DNA from: the human T2T-CHM13v2.0 reference genome, Homo sapiens
Assembly: GCF_009914755.1 (NCBI RefSeq)
Contig: NC_060928.1
Strand: one strand, 5' to 3'
Length of the DNA stretch: 64,000 bases
Shown: one piece after another, positions 16,457 to 34,170 of the stretch
How the letters are laid out: every line of letters begins with the position of its first letter
Numbering within the stretch: the first letter of the stretch is position 1
Notes under the pieces: generated by a model
Databases searched by the model: none
Seen by the model: the letters and a program-made list of their open reading frames with translations, nothing else
Told to the model about the DNA's origin: nothing
Position numbers and translations under genes: made by a program

Positions 16457-17714
16457 CATTTTGTCTTGTTTGGTTTACATTTGCAGTCTTTGTTCAGTGG
16501 ATATAAATTACTTTTGTACTGAGAAAAAATATATAGATAGGTACATAAATAGTTGAGTAGATAGAAATATAAAAATATATATGAGCTCTAGATAAAATTT
16601 CAGATAGTTCTCATAAGAATTGCTTATCATCATTTTAATCTTAAATATACATTTCTAAGAATCCAGATATATGTGCAGACTGTACTTGATGCTTCAGTAA
16701 AAAGACTCATCCATATAAAGACCCATCTTCAAGGAAGTACGGAGCAAGATAGACATGATGAATCATTTAACAAATACTAGGATATGTTTAGATATAAAAC
16801 TTAATACAAATATTTGTAAATAAAAAGATTCCTTACAGTATAAATGAATCAATGAGGTAATGATAGAACTATAAGTAAATAGTATAAGAAAGGGCATAGT
16901 TACTAAATATTACATATAGAAACATTGACAGTGTTATAACCTATTGTATAATATCATCAAAAAATGTTTGTAGTACAATGACACTAAATGTTTGCCAGGA
17001 TAAAATGCTTGCAGCTATTATTTTAGTAAATAGCAGTGTACATGAGAAAACAATTCTATGGTAAAATTGGAATAAACTATTTCTCCTCTTAGGACATTAT
17101 GTTATTATGTTATCAGAGATCATTTTTTATAGTTCCATAAACTATCCTGTCTTTGAAAATCTGTTTTGAATTCCAACCCAGCATTAACTAATTATTTTTC
17201 ACAACTTCTGTACTCAAAATGACACTTTTGATAATTGTCTTGACTCTCATTTTCAACAATATTTGATGATTTCCATTTTGAATTTTATCATGTGCAATTT
17301 AGTGACTGAACTTTAGAATTTAACATTGAATGTGGTTTTATTGCAAACTGATGAAAAGGTATAGTTATTTTAGAGATTGAACTAAGCATACAAAATACAG
17401 AGGTGAGGACAAACAAGGTTGAAGTAGTTGAATTTTATAGCTACTTTGATTCTTCTTGAAAACTTAATCTTACTCAATTTAGTAGCCTTTCTCTGATGTC
17501 TACTTCTTTAATTAACACAATGATGCTATAGAGAAACATGTTGAGAAATTTTATGAGGAAGAAAGTAGAAATAGAAAAGCCAAAGTATGTTGATGATACT
17601 TATATTGTAAGTCTACCTCAATACTGTAATTTCATTGGTTTGGTTTTTGTGTGATTATGCTAAATCCAAGAATACTCAGAGAATAAATTAGTTTTAAGAA
17701 TCTCAGTGTTTTAA

Positions 17715-18069
<355 letters not shown>

Positions 18070-18434
18070 TATACCTAGATTGTTTATAATAGCAAACTGA
18101 AAATTGGTTGCAGTTCACTTGAATGGAAATTATATTGCTGTTACATGTTTAAAATATGTAATTAATGCTAATTAATTTAACACTCAATTTTCTTATTTTT
18201 CTTATTTTACTAATTGATTTTAAATTTCTTATAATTATTAGATTTGATCTTTTCATTTAGCCAAAGGATTTATAAAGTGCTTTTTCATATCTCTATATGA
18301 CCATCAGTCAATTAAATGTAGATGAAAGGCACAAAGGAACTGTTACCAGAAGGAACTAGCTAGAGGGATCTAGCTAACACTTTTAATGGAAGCCTGGCAG
18401 AAAAGAAAATGAAACACAAACGCACACACTTCAG

Positions 18435-18470
18435 ATGCATCATTTGCAACAAATGCATCATTTGCAACAA
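18435..18470. repeat. Perfect 18-bp tandem duplication (atgcatcatttgcaacaa)x2
   Basis: Directly visible in the sequence. Confidence 0.9.
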
Positions 18471-18996
18471 AAAGCAATCATTTAATAAATTATGTGTAAA
18501 ACTTATTTTTAGAGTTATTTCAAATAAAAATGAATGTTATCACTAATAATCTGAATTATTAATAATATAAATTATTCTTCATTTTAGACTAATTCCTCCC
18601 TTGAAGGATCTACATAGCTGAGCTCTACTGGATAATACTCAAAATATTAGGATCTGAGTAGTGCATTTTTGAAACAATGCCACATTGTGTTTTCTTTTCA
18701 GAATATATTTGTAGCATCTATAGATTACATAACTCCTTTTGCTTTGAGTGATGGGATTCAGTAAGGTTTGTTTCTGTAAGGAAATTACTCAGATTCTCTT
18801 TGCTTATATTCTCAATCTAGTGTTCTTCCTTGTGTTGGCTATACATACACTACACACTCCCCGTGCAATGTTAGGTCCTTGGACTTGGTCTGATCTGCTA
18901 TCACTTTTATAGCAATTGCAACACCTTTTATAGAGCTTTGAAGATGTAGATTAAAATCCCACCTATGCCATTTACTATACAATCATAGGCAAGTGA

Positions 18997-19371
<375 letters not shown>

Positions 19372-19999
19372 CCCAGAACTATTAATAATCATTACTAACA
19401 GTCAAAATATTGACTCAAAGCTTTAAATACTTGAACACCATAAAAATCACTACCATTTTTCTTAATTCTTCCTATAGGATTTCCTGATTTACAAACTTCT
19501 TAGCCACTAGAATTTTTTGCTGCCTTCACAAGACTAACACCATTTTTGTGTGTGTGTGTGTTTGTTTGTTTTCTAACGAAAAAACAAGAGGAATCTTTTA
19601 AAAAATTAAAAAGTCTGAAAAGGCTTTTAAAAATTTAAAGAACTACCAATTAATATAGCAGATATGACCTACTTTATCACTATGGAAATGTATCCAAAGG
19701 AGGCTAGTTTCTTGCATTTCCTTCCTACAGTGTTCACCAGAATTTTTTCTGCTTTTATGCTATTGTTAATCTGTGTTTGAGAATATAATTTATTCTACCT
19801 TTTGTTCTTTTATAAGAAAAATAATTCAGGTTTTATAATAGAAAATTGCACATATGTCTTCTCCAGCAAGAGGGATATATGTATAACCTATATAGGAGCC
19901 AAAGCATTTTTCAATGGTCTAGTTATTGGAAAAATCATATGCCAAAAATATGGTTAAAGCAAAAGCACATCACTACTCATTCCATTTTAAAAATATCTA

Positions 20000-22450
<2,451 letters not shown>

Positions 22451-22464
22451 TTATGTTGTGTTTT

Positions 22465-23265
22465 GTTTTCATTTGCCTCAAAGTATTTTCAAACTTCCTT
22501 TTGATTTTTTCTTTGAGTCATTTTTTACTTAGAGTGTATTAATTTCCACTTATTTGTGAATCGTCCAGCTTTCCTTCTTTTAGTGATTTCTATTTTCATT
22601 CCATTGTTTATGAAGAAGATACTTTGCGTAATTTCAATCTGTTAAAATTTATCGAGACTTGCTCTGTAGCTTAATAAGTCTTCTATCCTGGAGAATGCTC
22701 CATATTTTCTTGAGAAAAATTTATATTCTGCTGTTTGGGGGATGAAATTTTCTAAATTTGTCTGTTAGGTCTGGTTAGTTTATGGTGTCATTCAAGTCTC
22801 CTATTTCTTTATTAAAAAACAGTCTGGAGTTTTGATCCATTATCAAAAATAAGAGTATTGAAGTCTCTATTCCTGTTGAGCTGTCTATTTCACCTTTCAA
22901 TGCTGTCAATATTTGCTTCACATATTTTAGTACTCTTTAACAGTTTTGACGTAAAATGTGTTTTGTCTGGTATTAGCACAGCTATACCATCTCTTTTGTG
23001 GTTACTATTTGCATGGAATATCTTTTTCCATCTCTTCCTTCTCAACCTATTTATGTCTTTACATCTAATGTCAATCTCTTATACATAGAATAGGGTGGAT
23101 AGAGTGTCTAATTTTAATCAATTTTGCCCACACCCGCCTTTTTTAAGGTTCCAGAACAAGTACGTAACTGCCTATTACAGTGTTCAATTTGTTTATATTC
23201 ACTGTTTTTTATATGTCTAATGTCATTTTTGTTCCTCCTTTCTCCTCTAGTACTGTCTTTTTTGT
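22465..23265 (-). mobile_element. Inverted L1M segment: inter-ORF region and endonuclease part of ORF2
   Basis: Minus strand reads gatggaaaaagatattccatgcaaatagtaaccacaaaagagatggtatagct, which is the decayed L1 EN N-terminus. Confidence 0.75.
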
Positions 23266-23269
23266 AGTA

Positions 23270-23428
23270 AATTCCTGGAATTGGGGTAAAGGGGAATGGG
23301 AAGTAATTGCTAATCTGATACAGGTTCTCCTTTGGAGGTAAGCAAAGCATTTTGAAACTAGATAGAGATGATGGTTGTCTAATACTGTGAATGTATTATT
23401 GTCACGAATTGTACACTTTAAAATTTTT
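23270..23428 (+). mobile_element. L1MB-like 3' end, left part (continues at 30322-30366 after the L1PA insertion)
   Basis: ttttgaaactagatagagatgatggttgtctaatactgtgaatgta...gaattgtacactttaaaat, resumed by aattttgttaggtgaatttcacttcaatataaaaaa. Confidence 0.75.
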
Positions 23429-25611
23429 GATTTTGGATTTCAGGCTTAGCAACAATGCCCTCTAGAATCTCCTTGGAGAAGGAGGCCACGTGATGGTCTA
23501 GCAGATACACTATATTATTTAGCAAGATGGCCAAGTAGATGCATACAGGAAGTGCTGCTCCCACAAAAACAGAGATTTCTACTACACCAACATAATTTGA
23601 ACAGATCTTTAAAGAGAGAAAACTGAATGAGGATGGGGAGGAGATGCAGTCGCCGATCCTGAAGAGGGAGGAGGCTAGAAACCTAGCATGAGATGCCTGA
23701 ACACTATGGCTAGTTCCCCTCCCCAACAGTGCCTGGAAAAGGGGTGAGTGAAGGAAATGGAGGATTGCCTACTCTCACTGTGGACCTCTGGAATCCTAGC
23801 TGCAGGGACCCCATACCCCCACAGACCTATGAGCTGGCAAGGGGATCTCCCTGGAGATTAGATGGGGAGACAGTTGCAGCAGGCACAGAGCCAGGGACCT
23901 TTTGGCATAGGTCAGCTCTAGCCCCAGCTAACCTCCAGGGAGAAAGTAGGGCCTGCTTCCCCATGGGACTGGGACACATCTATCCCACAGGCCCACCTAC
24001 CCTACAGCCCTCCCTGGGTCCTGGCTGCCTCATAGGAACATGTATATAGTGCAGCCTCCACTGCCCAGCCTGAGTGCTTTGCTCCACCTCAATGTGTTCC
24101 AACAGCTTGGAAAACTTTCAGATTTCACACCACAGAAAGAACCCAGTCCCGAGCAACCAGAGTGGGTAAACATGAGGAGGTCCTAGTACCAGAGAGCTGT
24201 GGCCTGTGGCTCAGAAGGGCCTCACTCAGAGCTCTGCTTGACACTTGAATGGAAGAAGAGCCCACACTCTCAGAAAACTGAGAGGACTGAGTCACACAGG
24301 TTTGTGGGCTGGTGTGGGACCTAACTGTCCCTCCATCCGCAGGGTTGTTTGGTAACAGTTTGGCATTGGAGGTGGCTTTCCCAAGGCCCATGAACAGACC
24401 TGGTGAGAGGGTCACCTCTCTTCTCCTCACACCACAGAACACAACTTCAAATGCAAAGACATACAAAGGAACCATGTGACTGAGTAAGAACCTATCTACT
24501 GCCCGTTGCTCTCAATCAGCATTTATTGGATCACAGCCTAAACTTCAACACCAAAAATCATTTTACTAATTCCCCCTCCTGCAAAACCAAGAACAAGAAT
24601 TCTACAATCAAAGAAGACCCAGTACAGACCTTTAGTCCTCTGAAAACATTCAGAAATGATGTCAAAAGATGATACTCAATTTAAATCACAATTAAAGAAA
24701 TACCAGCCCTCCCAAATGAGAAAGAATAAGCTCAAGAATGCTGGCAATTCAAAGTCATAGTATCCCCTTATCCCCAAATGAGCTCACTAGCTCCCTAGCA
24801 ATAATTCTGAACTATTCTGAATTGTCTAAAATGACATATATGGAATTCAGAATCCAGATGGCAAGAAAGCTCATTGAGATCAAAGAGAAAGTTAAAACTC
24901 TGTCCAAGGAAGCCAATCAATACAGTAAAATAACTCAAGAGCTAAAAGAGAAAATTTCTCTTCTAAGAAGTACCCAAACTGAGCTTCTTGAGCTAAAAAA
25001 TTCACTACAAGAATTGTATAATACAATCAGAAGTATTAGCAGCGGAAGTTGAGGAAAGAATCTCAGAGCGTGAAGACCAGTTTGTCAAATCAACTTGGTC
25101 AGACAAAAATAAAAAAGAATTAACAAATATGAACAAAACCTCTGAGAAATATGGGATTATGTGAAGAGACCATATCCATGACACATCAGCATTCTTGAGA
25201 GAATAGGAGAAAGAATAAATAACTTATATTTGAGGATATAGTTCATGAAAAATTCCCTAATCTCACTAGAGAGGTCAACATGCAAACCTAAGGAATACAG
25301 AGAATCCTAAACAGATACTATACAAGATGACTATTTCCAAGGCACATAGCCATGAGATTCACCAAGGTCAATGCAAAAGAAAAAACTCTTAAAGGCAGCT
25401 AGAGAGAAAGGCTAGGAGACCTACAGAGAGAACTTTATTGGGCTAGCAGCAGACCACACAGCAGAATCCTTATAAGCTAGAAGAGACTGGGGCCTGTTTT
25501 CAGTGTTCTTAAAGAAAAGAAATTTCAATCAAGAATTTCATATCCTGCCAAACTAAGCATCTTAAATTAAGGAGAAATAAAACTTTTCCCTGAGAGCAAA
25601 TGCTGAGGGAA

Positions 25612-25921
25612 TTATTATTTTATTATTATTATTATTATTTTTTTGAGATGGAGTCTTGCTCTGTCACTAGGTGGAGTCCAGTGGCGTGATCTTGGCCCAC
25701 TACAACCTCTGCCTCCCAGGTTCAAGCTATTCTCCTGCCTCAGCCTCCCGAGTAGCTGGGATTACAGACATGTGCCACCACATGAGGCTAATTTTTGTAA
25801 TTTTAGTAGAGATGGGGTTTCACCACGTTGGCCAGGCAGGTCTCGAACTCATCACCTCGTGATCCACCTGCCTTGGCCTCCCAAAGTGCTGCGATTACAG
25901 GCGTGAGCCACCGCACCCAGA
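25612..25921 (-). mobile_element. Alu, AluS-like, with (TTA)n tail, inside L1 ORF1
   Basis: Full dimer in reverse orientation; short ggaat flanks. Confidence 0.9.
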
Positions 25922-27580
25922 CAGGAATATGTTTTAACTAGACCATCTTTACAAAAGGTCCTTAGGGGAGTGCTAAACATGGATTCAAAAGAACAAACCT
26001 GCTACCACAAAAGCACACATGAACACATAGCCCATAGTCACTATAAAGCAACTACAAATCACATCTATATATTAAATAACAAACAGCTAACAACACCATG
26101 ACAGGATCAAAATCACATATCAATACTAACCTTGAATGTAAATAGGCTTACTTAAATGGCCACTTAAAAGACACAGAGTAGCACGTTGCATAAAAAAACA
26201 AGACCCATCCATCTGCTCTCCTCAAGAGACCGATTTCACATCTATTGATACCCACAGGCTAAAAGTAAATGAGTGGAATAAGATCTACCATGCAAACAGA
26301 AAACAAAAGAAAAGCCAGAGTTGCTGTTCTTATATCAGATAAAACAGACTTTAAACCAATAAAATTAAGAATAATAATGAAGATTACATAATGATAAAAG
26401 GTACAATCCACCAGGAAGCCTTAACTATTCTAAAAATACATGCAAACAAAATTGGGGCACCCAGATTCATACAAGATACTCTTTGCCTATGAAAAGACTT
26501 AGCCAACCACATGATAAGAGTGAGAGACTTGAACACCCCACTGACAGCATTAAGTAGATCACCAAGGCAAGAAACTTAAAAAATTGTGCACTTTACCTTG
26601 ACACTTGACCAACTGGACCTTGTCAACATCTACAGAACACTCCACCCAACAATCACAGAGTATACATTTTTCGCATCTGTGCATGGAACATATTCTAAGA
26701 TCAACAAAATGCTCAGTCATAAAGCAAGCCTCCACAAATTCAAAACAATATAAATTGTAACAAGCAAACTCTTGGACCACAGTGAAATGAAAATAGAAAT
26801 AAATACCAAGAAGATCTCTCAAAATTACATGAAAACATAGAAATTAAACAACTTTCTCCTGAAGAATTTCTGGATGAAAACAGAAATTAGACAGAATGAA
26901 AAAAATTTTTGAAATCAATGCAAACAGAGACACAACTTATCAAAATCTCTAGAATGTCACCAAAGGAGTGTTAAGAGGAAAGTTTATGGCTCTAAAATAT
27001 CTTCATTAAGAAGTTAGAAAGTTCTCAAATTAAAAATCTAATTTTGCACTTAAAGGAATGAAGAAAAAAGAAAAAAACAAATAAACCCCCAAGCTAGCAG
27101 AAGAAAGGAAATAACTAAAATTAGAGAAGAACTTAATGAAATTGAAATGTAAAAATTCATATGAAAGATTAATGAAACCAAGGGTTGGTTGTTCAAAAAA
27201 AAAAAAATAAGATTGATAGACCTTTAGCTATCAATCAGAAATGACAAAGATGATATTGCAACTGATCCTATAGAAATACAAAAGATCCTCAGAGACTACT
27301 ATGAACAACTCTATGCACAGAAATTCTAGAAGAAATGAATAAATTCCTAGAAGCAGACAATCTCTCGAGATCGAATCAGGAAGAGATTGAAAGCGTGAAT
27401 AGACCAATATCAACTTCTGAAATTAAATCGTTAGAAAATAATCTGCCCACCAAATAAAGCCCCTGACCAGATGATTCACAGCCAAAGTCTACCAGATGCA
27501 CAAAGAAGAACTGATACTAATCCTACTAAAAGTTTTCAAACAATTGAGAAGGAGGAGTTCCTTCCTAACTTATTCTATGA

Positions 27581-27706
<126 letters not shown>

Positions 27707-28678
27707 TAGCATATCAAAAAGTTAATACACTATGATCAAGTAGGCTTTATTCCTGGCATGCAGGGCTAATTCAACATATGCAGATAAGTAAGTGATATAC
27801 TGCATAAACAGAATCAAAAGCAGAAACCATATGATCAGCTCAACAGTGGCAGAGGAAGCTTTCAATAAGATCTAACATCCCTTCATGATTAAAAACCCTC
27901 AGCAGACTAGGCATCAAAGGAACATACCTAGAAATAACAAGTGCCATTTATGACAAAGCATAGCCAATATCATACTGAATGGGCAAAAGCTCAAACCATC
28001 CCCTTTGAGAACTGGAAGAAGACAAGAATGCCCACTCTCAGCACTCGCATTTAACATAGTACTAGAAGTCCTAGCCAGAGCAATCAGGCAAGAGAAAGAA
28101 AAGAAAGGAATAAAAGGCATCCAAATAGGAAAATAATTCAAACTATCTCTCTTCACTGATGATGTGATTCTACAGATAGAAAATTCTAGTATCTCTGCTA
28201 AAAGGCTCCTAGAATTGATAAACAACTTATTAAGGTTTCACCATACAAAATTAATGTACAAAAATCAGTAGCATTTCCATACACTAACAACATCCAGGCT
28301 GAGAGTGAAATCAAGAGCACAGTTTCACTTACAATAGCCAAAAAGAAAATGAAATCTAGTAATACAGCTAAACAAGGAGGGTGAAAGACCTCTACAAAGA
28401 GAACTAGAAGACTGCTGAAAGAAATCAGAGATGGCACAAATTAATAGAAATACATTACATGCTCGTGGATGGGAAGAATCAATGTCATAAAAATGGACTT
28501 ACTACCCAAAGCATTTTACAAATGCAATGCCATTCCAATCAAACTACCAATATCAGTCTTCACAGAATTAGAAATAAACTAACCTAAAATTCATATAGAA
28601 CCAAAAAGAGCCCAAACAGCCAAAGCAATCTCAAGCAAAAGACCAAAGCTGGAGGCATCACACTACCTGACTTCACAC

Positions 28679-28920
28679 TGGGAACTGAACAATGAGAACA
28701 CTTAGACACAGGGTGGGGAACATCACACACTGGGGCCTGTCGTGGGGTAGGGGGATAGGGGCGGGATAGCATTAGGAGAAATATCTAATGTAAATGATGA
28801 GTTAATGGGTGCAGCAAACCAACATGGCACATGCATATATATGTAACAAACCTGCAGGTTGTGCATGTGTACCCTAGAACTTAAAGTATAATTTAAAACA
28901 AAACAAAACAAAACCAAAAC
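28679..28920 (+). mobile_element. 5'-truncated younger L1PA (about L1PA5-7) 3' end nested in the older L1's ORF2
   Basis: gggaactgaacaatgagaacac...gggatagcattaggagaaatatctaatgtaaatgatgagttaatgggtgcagcaaaccaacatggcac...ttaaagtataat followed by an (AAAAC)n tail. Confidence 0.88.
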
Positions 28921-31059
28921 ACAGTAGACAAAATAGTTTGGTACTGGCACTAAAACAGACGCATAGATCAATGGAACACAACAGACAATTCAGAAATAAA
29001 CCTACACTCCTACAACCACCTAATCTTCAACAAGGCCAAGAAAACAAAAAAGCAACGTGGAAAGGACTTGCTATTCAATATACAGTGCTGGGATAACTGC
29101 TAGCCATCTGCAGAAGATTGAAGCTGGATCCCTAACTTTCACTGTATGCAAAAATTAATTCAAAATGGATCAAAGATTTAAATGTAAGGCCTCAAATTAT
29201 TAAAATCCTGGACAACAACCTAACTCTTCTCAACATTGGCCTTGACAAAGAATTTTTTACTAAGTCCCCAAAGGCAATTGCGATAAAAACAAAAACGAAC
29301 AATGGGACCTTTTTAAGCTAAAGAGCTTCTGCACAGCAAAATAAACTATCAACAGAACAAATAGACAACCTACAGAATGGGAGAAGATAACTCAACCTAT
29401 GCATCTGACAAAGGCTTAATATTCAGAATCTATAGGGAACTTAAATCAATAGGAAAAAAATTAAAAAATGGGCAAAGGACATGAATAGACACTTCTCAAA
29501 AAAAAAAAAAAAAAAAAAGACACACAAGTGGCCAAGAAGCATATGAAAAAAAATGTTCAGCATCATTAATCATCACAGAAATGCAAATCAAAACCACAAT
29601 GAGATATCATCTAAGACCAGTCAGAATGGCCATTATTAAAAAGCCAAAAAACAACAGATGCTGGCAAGGTTGTGGAGAAAAAGGCATGCTTATACACTTT
29701 TTATGGGAATGTAAATTAGTCCAGCCACTGTGGAAAGCAGTATGGCAATTTCTCAAAACACTTAAAACAGAGCTACCGTTTTATCCAGCAATCCCATTAC
29801 TGAGCATATACTCAAAAGAAAATAAATCAATCATACCAAAAAGACATGAACTCATATGTTTATTACTGTGCTATTTATAATAGCAAAGACATGAAAGCTA
29901 CCCAGGTGTTCATCAATGATAGATTGGATAAATTAAACGTGGTAAATACGAACCATGGAATACTACATAGACATAAAATACAATGAAATCATGTCCTTTG
30001 CAGCAACATAGATGTAGCTGGAGGCCATAATCCTAAACAAATTAATCCAGAAACAGAAAACCAAATACCTCATGTTCTCACCTGTAAGCGGTAGCTAAGC
30101 ATTTCATGTGGACGTAAATACAGGAGCAATAGGCACTGATGAACACTAAAAGGTGGAGGGCGGGAGAGTGGGTTAGCAAAACTACCTACTGGGTACCATG
30201 CTAGCTACAGGTGACAGGATCCCATTCTCCAAACCTCAGTGTCACTCCATATTCCCAAGTAAAATATCTGCTGCAGATATGCCCCTTGTATCTAAAATAA
30301 AACGTTGAAATAAAAATAAATAAAATGTTTAATTTTGTTAGGTGAATTTCACTTCAATATAAAAAATTAAAGTAAATAATTTAATTTTAAATATTAATTA
30401 ATGATTAAGCTAAAAGTAATTCATAGTGAAAACAAGTAGAAATCAATGTTTAATTCTAACTCAAGATAACACTGATGATGTAGAATCCTGTCTCTGTCTT
30501 GTGGCACATTTGAATAGTAGTTTTACCACATCTTCAATCCACTCTTAATTTTAATTAACAGATTGAAAAACCATAATCATCTGTAGAAGACCATAATAGT
30601 CATTAGGAGTAGAAATAAAACGAGACAAAATATTATTCATACATTTAGATCATTCACCTGAAATAAGTTAAAATAAATTAAAATGTGTGCCATTAGAGAT
30701 CTTCTGAGTCTACCAGCGTCAGAGGGTCATGTCTCTAGAATCTTTGGTGTAATTTTAGTATTGAGTTCAAAGGGGCCATTTATTTAACATTAGAATATCA
30801 GTCTGGTGTCCTGAATCTTTTTATCCTTAGCAATTCACATAGGAAAATCAATGTAGGTCCAACCTAGATGAATGTATTTATCATTTAAGCCCATTAAAAA
30901 CAACAAATCAGCAATCCCAAAAGCAAATTAACTGGCAGTTCATTTCCTTCTGCATTTGGAAAAAAAATTAACAGACATTATTTTCTTTTTAAAACAATGA
31001 TATGAATTCTAATGTCAAAAGAGAATATTCTGATTCAGGTTTCTAATGATTCTTTGTAT

Positions 31060-31295
31060 GGTGAAAAACACATGTTCTGGAGTTAGGTCTGGCTTTGAGT
31101 CCTGGTCTCCTATGTCTTAGTTTGTGACATATTGAATAAGTGACTTTATCTGAACTTTACTGCTTTTCTTTGTTTCTTTCTTAATAATGTTTCTTTGACT
31201 CCTTTCTACTAATGCATAACCAGTGAAAATTAGGGAAAGGTATGTTTGAAATCTGATATATTGTAGGTGCTTAGTAAATTATACCTATTATCATT
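31060..31295 (+). mobile_element. MIR fragment
   Basis: tctggagttaggtctggctttgagtcctggtctcc...tgtgacatattgaataagtgact. Confidence 0.55.
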
Positions 31296-31412
31296 AAGAA
31301 TAATGGTACGATGTCAAGAAAATACATTAAAATTACAAAAATACAAATATCACTCACCAGCTTATTCTTTTCAAAACTTTATATCATTTCACTGAGAAAA
31401 TAAGATACATAA

Positions 31413-31798
<386 letters not shown>

Positions 31799-31874
31799 TG
31801 AGCCCCACTTAGCTGCTTTGGCTTTAAAATAATTTCTCATCTTTTACCTACTCAAAAAGAGATATGTTGTATTA

Positions 31875-31904
31875 TAGGGGATACATATATATATAGAGAG
31901 AGAG

Positions 31905-31935
<31 letters not shown>

Positions 31936-32078
31936 GAACATATATATATATGGGAGATATATATATGTATGATATATATACACATATATATCATACATAT
32001 AGGGGATATATATATGATATATATACACATATATATATCATACATATAGGGGATATATATATATATATATATATATCA
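31875..32078. repeat. Compound (TA)n/(GA)n microsatellite with ~40-45 bp higher-order AT-rich units
   Basis: The unit ggggatatatatatgatatatatacacatatatatcatacatata recurs about 2.5 times. Confidence 0.9.
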
Positions 32079-32789
32079 TTTCAAAGCACCAGCTGCTATT
32101 TGACATTGTTCTTTAATTTATGTCTACAACGGGTAAGTGAGTGATGATAGCCTGCGCAGATCATTTCTTTATTCACAGCACTCAGATTTTTTAAAATGCC
32201 ATATGGAGAAATATTTCAGCATAGTCAATACATAAGACAATGTTTACTCTAATTCCACATCTTTATTCGTTGATGAGCTTTTTGAGGCCAATTCATCAAC
32301 CTATATAGATGGAATGGCAAGTGTTTTCCCTAAAGCACAATGATCTACTGCAACACATAATTTTGTCGTTATTATCCCAAGAGAAAAATTAAAAAGCTCC
32401 ATGTGATAGAAGGGTCACCAAATGCTGTTCTTTTTCTCTGATGAGTATGAAAGGTTAAATGTATTGTCAGATTGCCATGGCTCATCAGAATAAACAATTC
32501 AGTTTAGACAACTGACAGAGCCAATGACCTTTCATTCAACTTCTTTAATTTATTTGTGCCATTAACAACTTTAAAATAGTCATAATATATCTTTCACAAG
32601 CTTTTTCTGTTTGTTGTGTTTATGTCTATGCAAGATTTTCTTTCCCTACTATTTGGCTATTTTATTTTAAATATGAATAAAATCATTACTTGCTCTGTCA
32701 TCATGAGAGCTTCAGATACATACAATGTGTTAATCCACCAGCACATTTTTCTGAATTAATTTCTGTAAGTTTAAAAAATACTCTGCATG

Positions 32790-33109
<320 letters not shown>

Positions 33110-33188
33110 TTACCCATTATTGATGCAATTTCTACTCTGTGTAAATAAATTGACTATATTCTAAAAGAAGCTCATCTCTACCTATCTC

Positions 33189-33349
33189 TTTTCTATTAAT
33201 CTTTACATATAGCTCACATTTAATACAATGTTTATTATTAAAAGTGTCTTGGGTTTTTATTTAGAAGACTGGTGATATTTATATTAATTTGTCTATGGTA
33301 AAACTGGGTTTATGTCATTAGTTTATATGTTATTTAGTTTAAAGTCACA
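33189..33349 (+). repeat. ~160-bp near-identical copy of 34802-34964 (internal segment of the nearby MER6)
   Basis: Direct comparison shows about ten differences over ~160 bp; same orientation. Confidence 0.9.
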
Positions 33350-33799
33350 TATGCAGTATGCTATACTAAAATCTCTGCATTCAACAGTCTCTTTTTATGT
33401 TGCTTATTTAACAAGCAGAAATAACGCTATTTTATGCTTCAACAGTAGCCTAATTCTGAAGTAGCATATGAAATAGATATTTAACTGTTTTTGTTTGTTT
33501 GCTTTAACTCTAGCTAATTTTGCACAACAACCAATAACTCTTCCTGTTAATGCAACCTGAGTGCACTACTCCCTCTTTTAATCACGCCATTCATAAAATG
33601 ATTTGTATGTATTATTTCATTCTAATTTGCAGTAATGTCACCTTACATTTCAGCTAAATTTATAGAGTTGCTATTTTATTTAACATGCTTTATTCTTTCC
33701 TGGCATTTACAATTTCCTCTTTTCATAGTGTGCTGTTTAAAAACCAGCCTAGATACTAGAAATAGGTATTGTATGTGAAATGTCATTATACTTGAGGAA

Positions 33800-34005
33800 T
33801 TTACAGTTGATTAAGAATTAAGATTTGGGCCCGGGGGCCAGGTTACCTGCCTTCAAATCCTACCAAATACTACGTATCCCTCAGGGATCTAGTTTCCTCA
33901 TCTGTAAGATACGAATATAAATAACATTTACTCATGGGGGTCTTGTGCAAAGGAAATTAGTTAAATCACATAACACAAATAGAACAGCATCTTGCACATA
34001 CTTCC
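33800..34005 (+). mobile_element. MIR fragment
   Basis: ctgccttcaaatcc...agtttcctcatctgtaagat...aaattagttaaatcacataacacaaatagaacag. Confidence 0.6.
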
Positions 34006-34170
34006 ACGTTTGTTTGTTAAATAAACACTTAAAAGAGATGCTAATGGATACATAAATTACTTTGGCACCATGTACTTGGTGTTAGGATTAGTCATGAAGT
34101 TCCATTGGAAAATGAACAATTTACACAGACTGATGGAGATTATGAAAGTCTTTCTGGAGGAAATTAAGTA

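Noticed and set aside
31875-32078. CRISPR-like repeat-spacer array or the ORF at 31950..32144
   Set aside because: Low-complexity TA/GA microsatellite with no unique spacers, in a mammalian context.
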